A stretch of DNA of 46,872 bases from Actinomycetota bacterium (GTDB taxonomy: Bacteria; Actinomycetota; Acidimicrobiia; Acidimicrobiales; Ilumatobacteraceae): positions 1 through 46,872 of the forward strand of contig JBJTYE010000156.1 of the NCBI GenBank assembly GCA_046082625.1. The letters run 5' to 3'. Of this stretch, positions 43,960 through 46,872 are shown piece by piece. The notes under the pieces were generated by a model. It did no database searches and was not told the DNA's origin. It was given only the letters and a program-made list of their open reading frames with translations. The stretch's first letter is position 1. Each line of letters begins with the position of its first letter. Both the position numbers and the translations under genes were made by a program.

Positions 43960-46035
43960 ATGTCGAAATCACCCGGTGCGCGTCTGATTCTCGGGACCTG
44001 TCATCACGACTGCCCGGATTCCTGCGGGTGGACGGTGGAGGTGGAGGCCGGAGTGGCGGTGAAGATGTCCGGGAATCCGGCACACCCGTATTCCCGCGGC
44101 GAACTGTGTCCCAAGGTCAACCGCTTCGTCGATCGGGTGTACGCCCCGGAACGTCTGCTCCACCCGTTGATCCGCACCGGTCCGAAAGGCACGGGGACCT
44201 TTCGTCCGGCCACGTGGGACGAGGCCTTGGCCACGGTGGCCGAGCGGGTGCAAGTGGTGGTCTCCGAACATGGCGGTGAGGCCGTCCTGCCCTGGGGGAG
44301 CGCCGGGACGCAGGGTCTCATCCAGATGAATTCCTTGGATCGGCGCTTCTTCGCCCGTCTCGGGTCCTCCCGCCAGATCGATTCCCTCTGCGGAGCCACC
44401 GCCAAGGCCGGCACGGCCCTGACCACCGGCACCCCCTTGTGTGCCGATCCCATGGACATCGTCCACGCCCGACTGATCCTGCTGTGGGGGACCAACACGC
44501 GCCTGACCAATCGCCATCTGTGGCCCTTCATCGAAGAGGCTCGGGCCAAGGGGGCCAAGGTGGTGGTGATCGATCCGCTACGCACCATCACCGCCTCGGC
44601 GGCCGATCAATTCATCCAACCTCTGCCCGGGACCGATGTGGCCTTGATGCTGGCCATGCTGCACGTCCTCATCCGCGAGGATCTGCTCGACCGGGACTAC
44701 ATCGCCTCGTACACCGAGGGATTCGACGACCTGCGTCGGCACGTCCAGGACTGGACACCGGAACGAGCTGCCGAGATCTGTCGAGTTCCCTCGAAGGCGA
44801 TCGAGAACTTGGCCATCGAATACGGGACCGTGCGACCGACGTTCATCCGCACGCTCATCGGAGCCGAACATCACGAGCACGGAGCCATGTTCTTTCGGAC
44901 GCTCAGTTGTCTGCCGCTGCTCACCGGAGCATGGCGCGAACGTGGCGGCGGGTACGCCCGCAGCGTCGGCTCCTACAACGATGCCAACGTCGACGATTCG
45001 GTCTTCGATGCCCCACACCTGGCCGGTGGACGCGCCCGACGCGGTCTGAGCATGAATCGCCTGGGCCAGGTGCTCACCGATCCCGACCTCGACCCACGGG
45101 TCCATGTGCTGTTCGTCTACAACGGAAATCCGCTGGTGACCGCGCCCAATGCCGAACTCATCCGTCAGGGATTGCAGCGCGAGGACCTCTTCACCGTGGT
45201 CTCGGAACAGTTCATGACCGATACGGCCCGATACGCCGATGTGATCTTCCCGGCCACGACCCAGATCGAGCATCTCGACGTGGTCCCGTCATGGGGACAC
45301 CTCTATCTCGGGTGGAACGAACCCGCCATCGAACCCCGCGGTGAAAGCGTGTCCAATACCGAGTTGTGGCGGCGGTTGGCCCGGGCCATGGGCTTCACCG
45401 AACCCGAACTGTTCGAGGACGACGAATCGCTGGTCCGCAGTGCGCTGCACGACCTGGACGTCGAGGCCCTGCGACGTGACGGCTTCGTGCGACTCTCCTT
45501 GCCCGAGGATCTGCGGCCCTTCGCCACCGGCGGATTCCCGACGTCCAGCGGCAAGGCCCGCTTCGCCGATCCGGATCTGGCCACTCTCGGCCTGCCGTCG
45601 TTGCCCACCTACACCGATTCACGTGAGGGCCCACGGGGCGACGACGGGTCGAGGAGCCGTTTCCCACTCAGTCTCATGTCGCCCAAGACCCATCTGCGGT
45701 TCCTGAACTCGTCGTACTCGCATCTGCAGCATCATGTCGGTGCCGAGGGAGAGATCTACTGCGAGCTCGACTCCGCCGATGCCGCGGTTCGCGGGATCGG
45801 CGACGGTGACCGCGTGCGGGTCTGGAACGATCGCGGGTCGCTCGAGATGGTGGCACGCGTGCCACCCGCCGAGGAGCGGCGAGTGCGACCGGGTGTGGTG
45901 TCGGTGCCCTTCGGATGGGTGGGGGGCCGCACCGCCGATGGCCGGACGGTGAACGGACTGACCAATGATCGGGCCGCCGATCACGGAGGCGGCGTGGCCT
46001 TCTACGACACCTTGGTGGAAGTGTCGAAGATCTGA
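43960..46035 (+). CDS. Molybdopterin (bis-MGD) oxidoreductase, MopB superfamily, cytoplasmic stand-alone form
   Basis: In-frame ATG 43960 (MSKSPGARLILGTCHHDCPDSCGW...ELCPKV, the N-terminal Fe-S Cys cluster). ILLWGTN, VVVIDPLRT and PLPGTDVALMLAM, plus a C-terminal beta-barrel domain (GDRVRVWNDRGS). No RR signal. Confidence 0.85.
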   Translation: MSKSPGARLILGTCHHDCPDSCGWTVEVEAGVAVKMSGNPAHPYSRGELCPKVNRFVDRVYAPERLLHPLIRTGPKGTGTFRPATWDEALATVAERVQVVVSEHGGEAVLPWGSAGTQGLIQMNSLDRRFFARLGSSRQIDSLCGATAKAGTALTTGTPLCADPMDIVHARLILLWGTNTRLTNRHLWPFIEEARAKGAKVVVIDPLRTITASAADQFIQPLPGTDVALMLAMLHVLIREDLLDRDYIASYTEGFDDLRRHVQDWTPERAAEICRVPSKAIENLAIEYGTVRPTFIRTLIGAEHHEHGAMFFRTLSCLPLLTGAWRERGGGYARSVGSYNDANVDDSVFDAPHLAGGRARRGLSMNRLGQVLTDPDLDPRVHVLFVYNGNPLVTAPNAELIRQGLQREDLFTVVSEQFMTDTARYADVIFPATTQIEHLDVVPSWGHLYLGWNEPAIEPRGESVSNTELWRRLARAMGFTEPELFEDDESLVRSALHDLDVEALRRDGFVRLSLPEDLRPFATGGFPTSSGKARFADPDLATLGLPSLPTYTDSREGPRGDDGSRSRFPLSLMSPKTHLRFLNSSYSHLQHHVGAEGEIYCELDSADAAVRGIGDGDRVRVWNDRGSLEMVARVPPAEERRVRPGVVSVPFGWVGGRTADGRTVNGLTNDRAADHGGGVAFYDTLVEVSKI

Positions 46036-46872
46036 CTACTGCGGCAACTTGCCGAGGCTGGCGTCTCCGTAGTCGCCCTCGAGTTGCACGACCGTGCTCG
46101 GGTCGCAGGCCCAGCCGGTATCGGTGAGCTCGGCGGTGGGGACGAGAGCCAGGTCGGCGTCGGTGGGCTCCAGAGGCGGATAGAGGCGGGTGAAGGCCCC
46201 GTCCACCACGTGGATGATCTGGTAACACGGACTCGGATCATTGGTGCCCGGGCTGGAGGGTGCGTGCAGACCTCCGCCGGTCCAATCGGTGACCGTCGAA
46301 GCAGTGGACATGACACAGACGCGGGTGAGGACGCCACCGTTCGCAGCGATGCAGTCCCGGGCTGCTCGAGCGAAGAGTAGGAACGCCGAGGTCGACTGCA
46401 TGCCCAATCCGGCGACCTTGCCCGAGGGGTTGTAGGTGGCCATCATGTCCAAGTAGTCCCGCACCGCCGGAACTCGGTCAGCTTCTTCGAAGAGGGAGAA
46501 CGCCGTGCGGACCACCACACCCTCGGCACTCGTGCCGGCTCGGGTGAGGAGGATCTCGGCGTAGAAGCCGGCGTCGTTCATGATCAAGTTCGGTCGGTAG
46601 CCCACTTCGTCCATGGCCTTCAACAATTGGGCCAGCACTTCGGGCACCCCGACGAAGCTCATGGCCTTGACGCCGCTGCTCTTCAGGCGCAGCACGATCG
46701 GCGCCCAACTGGTCTCGCCGGTCGGATTGAAGGGAATGCGGTCCACCACGTTCACACCGCCGAGTTTCTCGGCGATCTCCACGTACTGGCGCTCCACGAT
46801 CTGGGAGGTGAGCAGATCGGCGTAGACGGTGGCATAGGCCTGCATGTCCTCAGGGGCCGTGGCCACCGCCCA
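46036..46872 (-). CDS. ABC transporter substrate-binding protein (LivK-like); 5' end beyond the right edge
   Basis: The frame is open to the window end. Collinear with and clearly similar to the C-terminal two thirds of the SBP at 25101..26558 (DYLDMMATYNP.G..AGLG.Q.TSA.LLF, WTGGGLHA, CDP..VVQ..GD.GD). Its stop abuts the Mo-enzyme stop with no spacer. Confidence 0.8.
   Translation of the reverse strand, partial: WAVATAPEDMQAYATVYADLLTSQIVERQYVEIAEKLGGVNVVDRIPFNPTGETSWAPIVLRLKSSGVKAMSFVGVPEVLAQLLKAMDEVGYRPNLIMNDAGFYAEILLTRAGTSAEGVVVRTAFSLFEEADRVPAVRDYLDMMATYNPSGKVAGLGMQSTSAFLLFARAARDCIAANGGVLTRVCVMSTASTVTDWTGGGLHAPSSPGTNDPSPCYQIIHVVDGAFTRLYPPLEPTDADLALVPTAELTDTGWACDPSTVVQLEGDYGDASLGKLPQ

Noticed and set aside
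1-46872. A scan for rRNA, tRNA, CRISPR arrays, IS elements, integrases, toxin-antitoxin modules or known defence-system genes.
   Set aside because: Nothing recognisable was found. The non-coding gaps are all 207 bp or shorter, no spaced repeat arrays are present, and no ORF shows a transposase, recombinase or nuclease signature.

Overview
High-G+C, very gene-dense segment of actinobacterial type. I call about 45 CDS, most operon junctions being 1-11 nt start/stop overlaps. I found no rRNA, tRNA, CRISPR array, transposase or integrase.

Gene content, left to right:
- A truncated sulfatase and an SRPBCC protein.
- A LivHMGF-type (HAAT) ABC importer whose two ATPase domains are fused behind an MFS-like membrane domain, plus a long TM-anchored binding protein.
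- ung.
- A small operon: DcyD/ACC-deaminase-like PLP enzyme, cystathionine-gamma-synthase-like PLP enzyme, 2OG-Fe(II) oxygenase, ROK kinase.
- An alanine-racemase-like protein with a YeiB-like membrane protein, and a DUF4395 protein.
- A six-gene translationally coupled minus-strand operon, fixB-fixC-fixX-fixA(etfB) followed by mycofactocin-type mftE and mftF homologues. No mftA/B/C/D is present in the window.
- A second complete HAAT ABC importer.
- An acyl-CoA (steroid/terpenoid-like) catabolic block: two DUF35 proteins, two thiolase-fold proteins lacking the nucleophilic Cys, a crotonase, an acyl-CoA synthetase and an alpha-methylacyl-CoA-racemase-like CoA-transferase.
- A visibly lower-GC DUF1800/DUF1501 pair bracketed by short direct repeats.
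- SDRs (including a truncated, Lys-less pseudo-SDR), SnoaL-like, EthD, GNAT, epimerase and phosphotransferase genes.
- A stand-alone molybdopterin oxidoreductase and the 3' part of a third Liv-type binding protein.

Most noteworthy are the fix/mftEF operon, the MFS-NBD-NBD fusion, the Cys-less thiolase/DUF35 quartet and the repeat-flanked low-GC island.

All functional calls rest on motifs read by eye from the supplied translations; no database search was run. Internal start codons were re-derived by frame arithmetic from the ORF track and are less certain than the stops.
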